Below, one piece after another: positions 43,002 through 57,245 of a stretch of DNA of 64,000 nucleotides. A program made the position numbers and the translations under genes. The notes beneath the pieces are model-generated. The model did no database searches. It was not told the origin of the DNA and saw nothing but the letters and a program-made list of their open reading frames with translations. Every line of letters begins with the position of its first letter. Position 1 is the stretch's first letter. The stretch is from the human T2T-CHM13v2.0 reference genome, Homo sapiens. The stretch is from assembly GCF_009914755.1 (NCBI RefSeq), contig NC_060948.1; one strand, given 5' to 3'.

Positions 43002-46000
43002 AGGCCTGGAATAAAGTGGAATGCTACGGTCTCGAATGGAATAAAAATGTATGGAATGGAATGCAATGAAACGGAATCGAATGTCATAGAATGTAATGGA
43101 ATGCAAAAAAATGGAATCCAAAATCATTGACTGGAAAGTCTGGGTGTCGAAAGGAATTGACTCCAATGGAATGGAATCGAATGGAATGGAAGTGAATAGA
43201 ATCGAACTAAATCGAATGGAATGGAATTGATAGGAACGGAATGGAAAGGAATGCAATGATTTGGCATGGAATGGAATCGAATGGCATCGAATGGAATGGA
43301 ATGGAATGCAATGGAATGGAATGTATTAGAATGTAATGAACTTTAATGGAATGTACTCGAATGGATTCGACTGGAATGGAATGTTCTGGAAGTGAATGGA
43401 CTCCAATGGAATGGATTCAAAAGGAATGGAATCGTACGGAATGGAATCTAATGGAATGGAATTAAATGGAAATGAATCAAATTGAATAGCACGGAATTGA
43501 ATTGAATGGAATCGAATGCAATGGAATCTAATGAAACGGAAAGGAAAGGAATGCAATGGAATGGAATGGAATGGAATGCAAATGAATCGAAACGAATGGA
43601 ATGGAATCGAACTGAAGAGACTGGAATGGAATGCACTGGAATGGAAGGGAGTGTCATGGAAGGTTCTCGAAAAAAATGGAATCGAATGGAATGGAATTGA
43701 ATGGAACGGAATAGAGTCGAATGGAATTGAATGGAATGGAATGGACTAGAGTGAAATGGAATCGAACCACAAGGAATGGACAGGAATAGAATGGTCTCGA
43801 ATTGAATGGAATCGTATGGAATGGCATCAAACGGAATGGAAAGGACAGCCACGGAATGGAATGCACTCGAATGCAACGGAGTCGAAACTAATGGACTGGA
43901 ATAGAATGGACTCGACTGGTACGGACTCCAATGGAATGGAATCGAATGGAAGTGAATCGAACGGAATGGACTCGAAGGGAAAAGACTGCAATGGAAAGGT
44001 CTCGAATGGAATGGAAATTAATGGAATGGAATGGAATCGAATGAAATGGAGTCAAAAGGAATGGAATCGAATGGCAAGAAATCGAATGTAATGGAATCGC
44101 AAGGAATTGATGTGAACGGAACGGAATGGAATGGAATCCAAAGGAATGGAATAGAATGGAATGGAATCGAATGGAAAGGACTGGAATGGAAATCACTCGA
44201 ATAGAATGCAATTTAATAAAATAGGGTCAAATGTAATGGAATGGAATGGAAAGGAATCGAAACGAAAGGAATGGAGACAGATGGAATGGAATGGGACAGA
44301 GAGCAATGGTATAGAATGGAATGGAATCATCTGGAATGGAATTGAATGGAATGGAATAATATGAAATGGAATGGAATGGAATGGAATGGAATGCCCTTGA
44401 ATTAAATGGACTGGAATGGAATGGACTCGAACAGAGTGGAATGGAAAGTGTTGAGATAGAATGGAATGGACTCTTTTGGAATGGTCTAGTATGCAATGCA
44501 ATCGACTGGCAGGGAATCAAAAGGAATGTAATCGAATGGATTAGACTGGAATGCAATGGACTCGAATAGATTGGAAACGGAATGCAAAGGAATGGAATGG
44601 AATAGTATGGAATGGAATGGAAAGGAATGGAGTGGAATAGACTAGAGTGGAATGGAATGGACTGGAAAGCAATGGACTGGAATGGAACTTTCTTGAATGG
44701 ACTGGAATCAAACGGAATGGAATGCAATGCAATCAAATGGCATGGAATAAAATAGAATGAAAGAGAATCAAATGGAATTGAATCGAATGGAATCGAATGG
44801 ATTGGAAAGGAATAGAATGGAATGGAATGGAATTGACTCAAATGGAATGGACTAGAATGGAATGGATTCGAATGGAAGGCAAAGGAATGGAATCTATTGG
44901 AATGGACTGTAATGGAATGGAATGGAAGGGATTGGAATGGACTCGAATGGAATGGACTGCAATAGAAAGGATTCGAATGGAATGAAAAAGAGTTGAATGG
45001 AATAGAACAGAATGGAATCAAATCGAATGAAATGGAATGGAATAGAAAGGAATGGAATGAAATGGAATGGAAAGGATTCGAATGGAATGCAATCGAATGG
45101 AATGGAATCGAACGGAATGGAATAAAATGGAAGAAAACTGGCAAGAAATGGAATCGAAATGAATGGAGTGTTATGGAACGGACTCAAAAGGAATTGAATG
45201 TAATAGAATGGAGTGGAGTGGACTCGAATATAATGGACTGGAATGGAATGAAATCACATGGAATGGGAACGAATGGAATGGAATGGAAAGGAATGGAATC
45301 GAATGGAAAGGAATCGAATGGAAGGGAATGAAATTGAATCAACAGGAATGGAAGGGAATAGAATAGACGGTAATGGAATGGACTCGAATAGAATGGACAC
45401 GAATGCTCAAATTGAATGGACTCGAATGGAATGGAAACGAAAGGAATGTCATCGAATGGAATTGAATCGATTGGAATGAAATCGCATAGAATGGAGTGGA
45501 ATCAAATGGAATTGAATCGAAAGGAAAGGAAGCGAATGGACTGAAATGAAATGGAATGGAATTGAATGGAAAGTAATGCAATGGAATAGAATGGAACGAA
45601 ATTTCACGGAATGGAATCAAACTGAATGGAATCAAATCAATGGAATCAAATCAAATGGAATGGAAAGGAATTGAATGGAGTAGATTGGATTGGATGGGAT
45701 TGGAATGAAATGTACTGGAAAGGACTCGAATTTCATGAAACGGAATGGAATGAATTGGAACGGAATGGACTCGAATGGAATGGAATGTCATGGAATGGCA
45801 TCAAATGGAATGGCATCAAATGGAATGGAATCGAATGCAATGGAATGCTATGGAATGGAATGGAATGCATTGGAATGGAATGTCCTCTAATGGAATGGAT
45901 TCGAGTGGAATGGAATCGAATATAATGGAGTCGAATGAAAAGGAATTGAAAGAATGGGATCGAATACAATGGAATATACTGGAATGTAATGTAATGAACT

Positions 46001-46564
46001 CGAATGTAATTGACTGGAATGGAATGTACATGAATGGAATGTAATCGAATGGAAAGTAATCCAATGGAATAGAATCTAATGCAATAAAATCGACTCAGAT
46101 AGAGTAGAATGTAATGGAATGGAGTGCAGTGCAATGGAATGGAATGGAATGGAATGCAATGGAATGGAATGGAATGGAATGGAATGGAATGGAATGGAAT
46201 GGGATGGAATGGTATGGAATGGATAGTAATGGACTGGAATGAAATGGACTGGAAAAGAATGGACTCAAATTGAAAGGGCTCGAAAGGAATGGAGTCAAAT
46301 GGAATGGTCTGGAATGGAATGAACACGAATGTAATGCAATCCAATAGAATGGAATCGAATGGCATGGAATATAAAGAAATGGAATCGAAGAGAATGGAAA
46401 CAAATGGAATGGAATTGAATGGAATGGAATTGAATGGAATGGGAACGAATGGAGTGAAATTGTATGCAGTAGAAGAGAATAGAATGGAATTCAAGCGAAA
46501 GGAAAGGAATGGATTGCAATGGAATGGAATTCATTGGAATGGAAGGGAATGTAGTGTAATGGAC
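43002..46564. repeat. DYZ1 unit U13 (3563 bp, chimeric)
   Basis: StuI sites 43002 and 46565. Confidence 0.9.
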
Positions 46565-49500
46565 AGGCCTGGAATAAAGTGGAATGTTACGGTCTCGAAT
46601 GGAATAAAAATGTATGGAATGGAATGCAATGAAACGGAATCGAATGTCATAGAATGTAATGGAATGCAAAAAAATGGAATCCAAAATCATTGACTGGAAA
46701 GGCTGGGTGTCGAAAGGAATTGACTCCAATGGAATGGAATCGAATGGAATGGAAGTGAATAGAATCGAACTAAATCGAATGGAATGGAATTGATAGGAAC
46801 GGAATGGAAAGGAATGCAATGATTTGGCATGGAATGGAATCGAATGGCATCGAATGGAATGGAATGCAATGGAATGGAATGTATTAGAATGTAATGAACA
46901 TTAATGGAATGTACTCGAATGGATTCGACTGGAATGGAATGTTCTGGAAGTGAATGGACTCCAATGGAATGGATTCGAAAGGAATGGAATCGAACGGAAT
47001 GGAATCTAATGGAATGGAATTAAATGGAAATGAATCAAATTGAATAGCACGGAATTGAATTGAATGGAATCGAATGCAATGGAATCTAATGAAACGGAAA
47101 GGAAAGGAATGGAATGGAATGGAATGGGCTGGAATGGAAAGGAATCGAAACGAATGGAATGGAATCGAACTGAAGAGACTGGAATGGAATGCACTGGAAT
47201 GGAAGGGAGTGTAATGGAAGGTTCTCGAAAATAATGGAAGCAAATGGAATGGAATTGAATGGAACGGAATAGAGTCGAATGGAATTGAATGGAATGGAAT
47301 GGACTAGAGTGAAATGGAATCGAACCACAAGGAATGGACAGGAATAGAATGGTCTCGAATTGAATGGAATCGTATGGAATGGCATCAAACGGAATGGAAT
47401 GGACAGCCACGGAATGGAATGCACTCGAATGCAATGGAGTCGAAACTTATGGACTGGAATAGAATGGACTCGACTGGTACGGACTCCAATGGAATGGAAT
47501 CGAATGGAAGGGATTCGAACGGAATGGACTCGAAGGGAAAAGACTGCAATGGAAAGGTCTCGAATGGAATGGAAATTAATGGAATGGAATGGAATCGAAT
47601 GAAATGGAGTCAAAAGGAAAGGAATCGAATGGCAAGAAATCGAATGTAATGGAATCGCAAGGAATTGATGTGAACGGAACGGAATGGAATGGAATCCAAA
47701 GGAATGGAATAGAATGGAATGGAATCGAATGGAAAGGACTCGAATGGAAATCACTCGAATAGAATGCAATTTAATAAAATAGGATCAAATGTAATTGAAT
47801 AGAATGGAAAGGAATCGAAACGAAAGGAATGGAGACAGATGGAATGGAATGGAACAGAGAGCAATGGTATAGAATGGAATGGAATCATCTGGAATGGAAT
47901 TGAATGGAATGGAATAATATGAAATGGAATGGAATGGAATAGAATGGAATGCCCTTGAATTAAATGGACTGGAATGGAATGGACTCGAACAGAGTGGAAT
48001 GGAAAGTGTTGAGATAGAATGGAATGGACTCTTTTGGAATGGTCTAGTATGCAATGCAATCGACTGGCAGGGAATCAAAAGGAATGTAATCGAATGGATT
48101 AGACTGGAATGCAATGGACTCGAATAGATTGGAAACGGAATGCAAAGGAATGGAATGGAATAGTATGGAATGGAATGGAAAGGAATGGAGTGGAATAGAC
48201 TAGAGTGGAATGGAATGGACTGGAAAGCAATGGACTGGAATGGAACTTTCTTGAATGGACTGGAATCAAACGGAATGGAATGCAATGCAATCAAATGGCA
48301 TGGAATAAAATAGAATGAAAGAGAATCAAATGGAATTGAATCGAATGGAATCGAATGGATTGGAAAGGAATAGAATGGAATGGAATGGAATGGACTCAAA
48401 TGGAATGGACTAGAATGGAATGGATTCGAATGGAAGGCAAAGGAATGGAATCTATTGGAATGGACTGTAATGGAATGGAATGGAAGGGATTGGAATGGAC
48501 TCGAATGGAATGGACTGCAATAGAAAGGATTCGAATGGAATGAAAAAGAGTTGAATGGAATAGAACAGAATGGAATCAAATCGAATGAAATGGAATGGAA
48601 TAGAAAGGAATGGAATGAAATGGAATGGAAAGGATTCGAATGGAATGCAATCGAATGGAATGGAATCGAACGGAATGGAATAAAATGGAAGAAAACTGGC
48701 AAGAAATGGAATCGAAATGAATGGAGTGTTATGGAACGGACTCAAAAGGAATTGAATGTAATAGAATGGAGTGGAGTGGACTCGAATATAATGGACTGGA
48801 ATGGAATGAAATCACATGGAATGGGAACGAATGGAATGGAATGGAAAGGAATGGAATCGAATGGAAAGGAATCGAATGGAAGGGAATGAAATTGAATCAA
48901 CAGGAATGGAAGGGAATAGAATAGACGGTAATGGAATGGACTCGAATAGAATGGACACGAATGCTCAAATTGAATGGACTCGAATGGAATGGAAACGAAA
49001 GGAATGTCATCGAATGGAATTGAATCGATTGGAATGAAATCGCATAGAATGGAGTGGAATCAAATGGAATTGAATCGAAAGGAAAGGAAGCGAATGGACT
49101 GAAATGAAATGGAATGGAATTGAATGGAAAGTAATGCAATGGAATAGAATGGAACGAAATTTCACGGAATGGAATCAAACTGAATGGAATCAAATCAATG
49201 GAATCAAATCAAATGGAATGGAAAGGAATTGAATGGAGTAGATTGGATTGGATGGGATTGGAATGAAATGTACTGGAAAGGACTCGAATTTCATGAAACG
49301 GAATGGAATGAATTGGAACGGAATGGACTCGAATGGAATGGAATGTCATGGAATGGCATCAAATGGAATGGCATCAAATGGAATGGAATCGAATGCAATG
49401 GAATGCTATGGAATGGAATGGAATGCATTGGAATGGAATGTCCTCTAATGGAATGGATTCGAGTGGAATGGAATCGAATATAATGGAGTCGAATGAAATG

Positions 49501-50113
49501 GAATTGAAAGGAATGGGATCGAATACAATGGAATATACTGGAATGTAATGTAATGAACTCGAATGTAATTGACTGGAATGGAATGTACATGAATGGAATG
49601 TAATCGAATGGAAAGTAATCCAATGGAATAGAATCTAATGCAATAAAATCGACTCAGATAGAGTAGAATGTAATGGAATGGAGTGCAGTGCAATGGAATG
49701 GAATGGAATGGAATGCAATGGAATGGAATGGAATGGAATGGAATGGAATGGAATGGAATGGAATGGGATGGAATGGTATGGAATGGATAGTAATGGACTG
49801 GAGTGAAATGGACTGGAAAGGAATGGACTCAAATTGAAAGGGCTCGAAAGGAATGGATTCAAATGGAATGGTCTGAAATGGAATGAACACGAATGTAATG
49901 CAACCCAATAGAATGGAATCGAATGGCATGGAATGTAAAGAAATGGAATCGAAGAGAATGGAAACAAATGGAATGGAATTGAATGGAATGGGAACGAATG
50001 GAGTGAAATTGTATGCAGTAGAAGAGAATAGAATGGAATGCAAGCGAAAGGAAAGGAATGGATTGGAATGGAATGGAATTCATTGGAATGGAAGGGAATG
50101 TAGTGTAATGGAC
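46565..50113. repeat. DYZ1 unit U14 (3549 bp, Y)
   Basis: StuI sites 46565 and 50114. Confidence 0.9.
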
Positions 50114-53100
50114 AGGCCTGGAATAAAGTGGAATGCTACGGTCTCGAATGGAATAAAAATGTATGGAATGGAATGCAATGAAACGGAATCGAATGTCATA
50201 GAATGTAATGGAATGCAAAAAAATGGAATCCAAAATCATTGACTGGAAAGTCTGGGTGTCGAAAGGAATTGACTCCAATGGAATGGAATCGAATGGAATG
50301 GAAGTGAATAGAATCGAACTAAATCGAATGGAATGGAATTGATAGGAACGGAATGGAAAGGAATGCAATGATTTGGCATGGAATGGAATCGAATGGCATC
50401 GAATGGAATGGAATGGAATGCAATGGAATGGAATGTATTAGAATGTAATGAACTTTAATGGAATGTACTCGAATGGATTCGACTGGAATGGAATGTTCTG
50501 GAAGTGAATGGACTCCAATGGAATGGATTCAAAAGGAATGGAATCGTACGGAATGGAATCTAATGGAATGGAATTAAATGGAAATGAATCAAATTGAATA
50601 GCACGGAATTGAATTGAATGGAATCGAATGCAATGGAATCTAATGAAACGGAAAGGAAAGGAATGCAATGGAATGGAATGGAATGGAATGCAAATGAATC
50701 GAAACGAATGGAATGGAATCGAACTGAAGAGACTGGAATGGAATGCACTGGAATGGAAGGGAGTGTCATGGAAGGTTCTCGAAAAAAATGGAATCGAATG
50801 GAATGGAATTGAATGGAACGGAATAGAGTCGAATGGAATTGAATGGAATGGAATGGACTAGAGTGAAATGGAATCGAACCACAAGGAATGGACAGGAATA
50901 GAATGGTCTCGAATTGAATGGAATCGTATGGAATGGCATCAAACGGAATGGAAAGGACAGCCACGGAATGGAATGCACTCGAATGCAACGGAGTCGAAAC
51001 TAATGGACTGGAATAGAATGGACTCGACTGGTACGGACTCCAATGGAATGGAATCGAATGGAAGTGAATCGAACGGAATGGACTCGAAGGGAAAAGACTG
51101 CAATGGAAAGGTCTCGAATGGAATGGAAATTAATGGAATGGAATGGAATCGAATGAAATGGAGTCAAAAGGAATGGAATCGAATGGCAAGAAATCGAATG
51201 TAATGGAATCGCAAGGAATTGATGTGAACGGAACGGAATGGAATGGAATCCAAAGGAATGGAATAGAATGGAATGGAATCGAATGGAAAGGACTGGAATG
51301 GAAATCACTCGAATAGAATGCAATTTAATAAAATAGGGTCAAATGTAATGGAATGGAATGGAAAGGAATCGAAACGAAAGGAATGGAGACAGATGGAATG
51401 GAATGGGACAGAGAGCAATGGTATAGAATGGAATGGAATCATCTGGAATGGAATTGAATGGAATGGAATAATATGAAATGGAATGGAATGGAATGGAATG
51501 GAATGCCCTTGAATTAAATGGACTGGAATGGAATGGACTCGAACAGAGTGGAATGGAAAGTGTTGAGATAGAATGGAATGGACTCTTTTGGAATGGTCTA
51601 GTATGCAATGCAATCGACTGGCAGGGAATCAAAAGGAATGTAATCGAATGGATTAGACTGGAATGCAATGGACTCGAATAGATTGGAAACGGAATGCAAA
51701 GGAATGGAATGGAATAGTATGGAATGGAATGGAAAGGAATGGAGTGGAATAGACTAGAGTGGAATGGAATGGACTGGAAAGCAATGGACTGGAATGGAAC
51801 TTTCTTGAATGGACTGGAATCAAACGGAATGGAATGCAATGCAATCAAATGGCATGGAATAAAATAGAATGAAAGAGAATCAAATGGAATTGAATCGAAT
51901 GGAATCGAATGGATTGGAAAGGAATAGAATGGAATGGAATGGAATTGACTCAAATGGAATGGACTAGAATGGAATGGATTCGAATGGAAGGCAAAGGAAT
52001 GGAATCTATTGGAATGGACTGTAATGGAATGGAATGGAAGGGATTGGAATGGACTCGAATGGAATGGACTGCAATAGAAAGGATTCGAATGGAATGAAAA
52101 AGAGTTGAATGGAATAGAACAGAATGGAATCAAATCGAATGAAATGGAATGGAATAGAAAGGAATGGAATGAAATGGAATGGAAAGGATTCGAATGGAAT
52201 GCAATCGAATGGAATGGAATCGAACGGAATGGAATAAAATGGAAGAAAACTGGCAAGAAATGGAATCGAAATGAATGGAGTGTTATGGAACGGACTCAAA
52301 AGGAATTGAATGTAATAGAATGGAGTGGAGTGGACTCGAATATAATGGACTGGAATGGAATGAAATCACATGGAATGGGAACGAATGGAATGGAATGGAA
52401 AGGAATGGAATCGAATGGAAAGGAATCGAATGGAAGGGAATGAAATTGAATCAACAGGAATGGAAGGGAATAGAATAGACGGTAATGGAATGGACTCGAA
52501 TAGAATGGACACGAATGCTCAAATTGAATGGACTCGAATGGAATGGAAACGAAAGGAATGTCATCGAATGGAATTGAATCGATTGGAATGAAATCGCATA
52601 GAATGGAGTGGAATCAAATGGAATTGAATCGAAAGGAAAGGAAGCGAATGGACTGAAATGAAATGGAATGGAATTGAATGGAAAGTAATGCAATGGAATA
52701 GAATGGAACGAAATTTCACGGAATGGAATCAAACTGAATGGAATCAAATCAATGGAATCAAATCAAATGGAATGGAAAGGAATTGAATGGAGTAGATTGG
52801 ATTGGATGGGATTGGAATGAAATGTACTGGAAAGGACTCGAATTTCATGAAACGGAATGGAATGAATTGGAACGGAATGGACTCGAATGGAATGGAATGT
52901 CATGGAATGGCATCAAATGGAATGGCATCAAATGGAATGGAATCGAATGCAATGGAATGCTATGGAATGGAATGGAATGCATTGGAATGGAATGTCCTCT
53001 AATGGAATGGATTCGAGTGGAATGGAATCGAATATAATGGAGTCGAATGAAAAGGAATTGAAAGAATGGGATCGAATACAATGGAATATACTGGAATGTA

Positions 53101-53676
53101 ATGTAATGAACTCGAATGTAATTGACTGGAATGGAATGTACATGAATGGAATGTAATCGAATGGAAAGTAATCCAATGGAATAGAATCTAATGCAATAAA
53201 ATCGACTCAGATAGAGTAGAATGTAATGGAATGGAGTGCAGTGCAATGGAATGGAATGGAATGGAATGCAATGGAATGGAATGGAATGGAATGGAATGGA
53301 ATGGAATGGAATGGGATGGAATGGTATGGAATGGATAGTAATGGACTGGAATGAAATGGACTGGAAAAGAATGGACTCAAATTGAAAGGGCTCGAAAGGA
53401 ATGGAGTCAAATGGAATGGTCTGGAATGGAATGAACACGAATGTAATGCAATCCAATAGAATGGAATCGAATGGCATGGAATATAAAGAAATGGAATCGA
53501 AGAGAATGGAAACAAATGGAATGGAATTGAATGGAATGGAATTGAATGGAATGGGAACGAATGGAGTGAAATTGTATGCAGTAGAAGAGAATAGAATGGA
53601 ATTCAAGCGAAAGGAAAGGAATGGATTGCAATGGAATGGAATTCATTGGAATGGAAGGGAATGTAGTGTAATGGAC
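50114..53676. repeat. DYZ1 unit U15 (3563 bp, copy of U13)
   Basis: StuI sites 50114 and 53677. Confidence 0.9.
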
Positions 53677-56600
53677 AGGCCTGGAATAAAGTGGAATGTT
53701 ACGGTCTCGAATGGAATAAAAATGTATGGAATGGAATGCAATGAAACGGAATCGAATGTCATAGAATGTAATGGAATGCAAAAAAATGGAATCCAAAATC
53801 ATTGACTGGAAAGGCTGGGTGTCGAAAGGAATTGACTCCAATGGAATGGAATCGAATGGAATGGAAGTGAATAGAATCGAACTAAATCGAATGGAATGGA
53901 ATTGATAGGAACGGAATGGAAAGGAATGCAATGATTTGGCATGGAATGGAATCGAATGGCATCGAATGGAATGGAATGCAATGGAATGGAATGTATTAGA
54001 ATGTAATGAACATTAATGGAATGTACTCGAATGGATTCGACTGGAATGGAATGTTCTGGAAGTGAATGGACTCCAATGGAATGGATTCGAAAGGAATGGA
54101 ATCGAACGGAATGGAATCTAATGGAATGGAATTAAATGGAAATGAATCAAATTGAATAGCACGGAATTGAATTGAATGGAATCGAATGCAATGGAATCTA
54201 ATGAAACGGAAAGGAAAGGAATGGAATGGAATGGAATGGGCTGGAATGGAAAGGAATCGAAACGAATGGAATGGAATCGAACTGAAGAGACTGGAATGGA
54301 ATGCACTGGAATGGAAGGGAGTGTAATGGAAGGTTCTCGAAAATAATGGAAGCAAATGGAATGGAATTGAATGGAACGGAATAGAGTCGAATGGAATTGA
54401 ATGGAATGGAATGGACTAGAGTGAAATGGAATCGAACCACAAGGAATGGACAGGAATAGAATGGTCTCGAATTGAATGGAATCGTATGGAATGGCATCAA
54501 ACGGAATGGAATGGACAGCCACGGAATGGAATGCACTCGAATGCAATGGAGTCGAAACTTATGGACTGGAATAGAATGGACTCGACTGGTACGGACTCCA
54601 ATGGAATGGAATCGAATGGAAGGGATTCGAACGGAATGGACTCGAAGGGAAAAGACTGCAATGGAAAGGTCTCGAATGGAATGGAAATTAATGGAATGGA
54701 ATGGAATCGAATGAAATGGAGTCAAAAGGAATGGAATCGAATGGCAAGAAATCGAATGTAATGGAATCGCAAGGAATTGATGTGAACGGAACGGAATGGA
54801 ATGGAATCCAAAGGAATGGAATAGAATGGAATGGAATCGAATGGAAAGGACTCGAATGGAAATCACTCGAATAGAATGCAATTTAATAAAATAGGATCAA
54901 ATGTAATTGAATAGAATGGAAAGGAATCGAAACGAAAGGAATGGAGACAGATGGAATGGAATGGAACAGAGAGCAATGGTATAGAATGGAATGGAATCAT
55001 CTGGAATGGAATTGAATGGAATGGAATAATATGAAATGGAATGGAATGGAATAGAATGGAATGCCCTTGAATTAAATGGACTGGAATGGAATGGACTCGA
55101 ACAGAGTGGAATGGAAAGTGTTGAGATAGAATGGAATGGACTCTTTTGGAATGGTCTAGTATGCAATGCAATCGACTGGCAGGGAATCAAAAGGAATGTA
55201 ATCGAATGGATTAGACTGGAATGCAATGGACTCGAATAGATTGGAAACGGAATGCAAAGGAATGGAATGGAATAGTATGGAATGGAATGGAAAGGAATGG
55301 AGTGGAATAGACTAGAGTGGAATGGAATGGACTGGAAAGCAATGGACTGGAATGGAACTTTCTTGAATGGACTGGAATCAAACGGAATGGAATGCAATGC
55401 AATCAAATGGCATGGAATAAAATAGAATGAAAGAGAATCAAATGGAATTGAATCGAATGGAATCGAATGGATTGGAAAGGAATAGAATGGAATGGAATGG
55501 AATTGACTCAAATGGAATGGACTAGAATGGAATGGATTCGAATGGAAGGCAAAGGAATGGAATCTATTGGAATGGACTGTAATGGAATGGAATGGAAGGG
55601 ATTGGAATGGACTCGAATGGAATGGACTGCAATAGAAAGGATTCGAATGGAATGAAAAAGAGTTGAATGGAATAGAACAGAATGGAATCAAATCGAATGA
55701 AATGGAATGGAATAGAAAGGAATGGAATGAAATGGAATGGAAAGGATTCGAATGGAATGCAATCGAATGGAATGGAATCGAACGGAATGGAATAAAATGG
55801 AAGAAAACTGGCAAGAAATGGAATCGAAATGAATGGAGTGTTATGGAACGGACTCAAAAGGAATTGAATGTAATAGAATGGAGTGGAGTGGACTCGAATA
55901 TAATGGACTGGAATGGAATGAAATCACATGGAATGGGAACGAATGGAATGGAATGGAAAGGAATGGAATCGAATGGAAAGGAATCGAATGGAAGGGAATG
56001 AAATTGAATCAACAGGAATGGAAGGGAATAGAATAGACGGTAATGGAATGGACTCGAATAGAATGGACACGAATGCTCAAATTGAATGGACTCGAATGGA
56101 ATGGAAACGAAAGGAATGTCATCGAATGGAATTGAATCGATTGGAATGAAATCGCATAGAATGGAGTGGAATCAAATGGAATTGAATCGAAAGGAAAGGA
56201 AGCGAATGGACTGAAATGAAATGGAATGGAATTGAATGGAAAGTAATGCAATGGAATAGAATGGAACGAAATTTCACGGAATGGAATCAAACTGAATGGA
56301 ATCAAATCAATGGAATCAAATCAAATGGAATGGAAAGGAATTGAATGGAGTAGATTGGATTGGATGGGATTGGAATGAAATGTACTGGAAAGGACTCGAA
56401 TTTCATGAAACGGAATGGAATGAATTGGAACGGAATGGACTCGAATGGAATGGAATGTCATGGAATGGCATCAAATGGAATGGCATCAAATGGAATGGAA
56501 TCGAATGCAATGGAATGCTATGGAATGGAATGGAATGCATTGGAATGGAATGTCCTCTAATGGAATGGATTCGAGTGGAATGGAATCGAATATAATGGAG

Positions 56601-57245
56601 TCGAATGAAAAGGAATTGAAAGGAATGGGATCGAATACAATGGAATATACTGGAATGTAATGTAATGAACTCGAATGTAATTGACTGGAATGGAATGTAC
56701 ATGAATGGAATGTAATCGAATGGAAAGTAATCCAATGGAATAGAATCTAATGCAATAAAATCGACTCAGATAGAGTAGAATGTAATGGAATGGAGTGCAG
56801 TGCAATGGAATGGAATGGAATGGAATGCAATGGAATGGAATGGAATGGAATGGAATGGAATGGAATGGAATGGAATGGAATGGGATGGAATGGTATGGAA
56901 TGGATAGTAATGGACTGGAATGAAATGGACTGGAAATGAATGGACTCAAATTGAAAGGGCTCGAAAGGAATGGAGTCAAATGGAATGGTCTGGAATGGAA
57001 TGAACACGAATGTAATGCAATCCAATAGAATGGAATCGAATGGCATGGAATATAAAGAAATGGAATCGAAGAGAATGGAAACAAATGGAATGGAATTGAA
57101 TGGAATGGAATTGAATGGAATGGGAACGAATGGAGTGAAATTGTATGCAGTAGAAGAGAATAGAATGGAATTCAAGCGAAAGGAAAGGAATGGATTGCAA
57201 TGGAATGGAATTCATTGGAATGGAAGGGAATGTAGTGTAATGGAC
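53677..57245. repeat. DYZ1 unit U16 (3569 bp, copy of U14 to ~56600)
   Basis: StuI sites 53677 and 57246. Confidence 0.9.
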
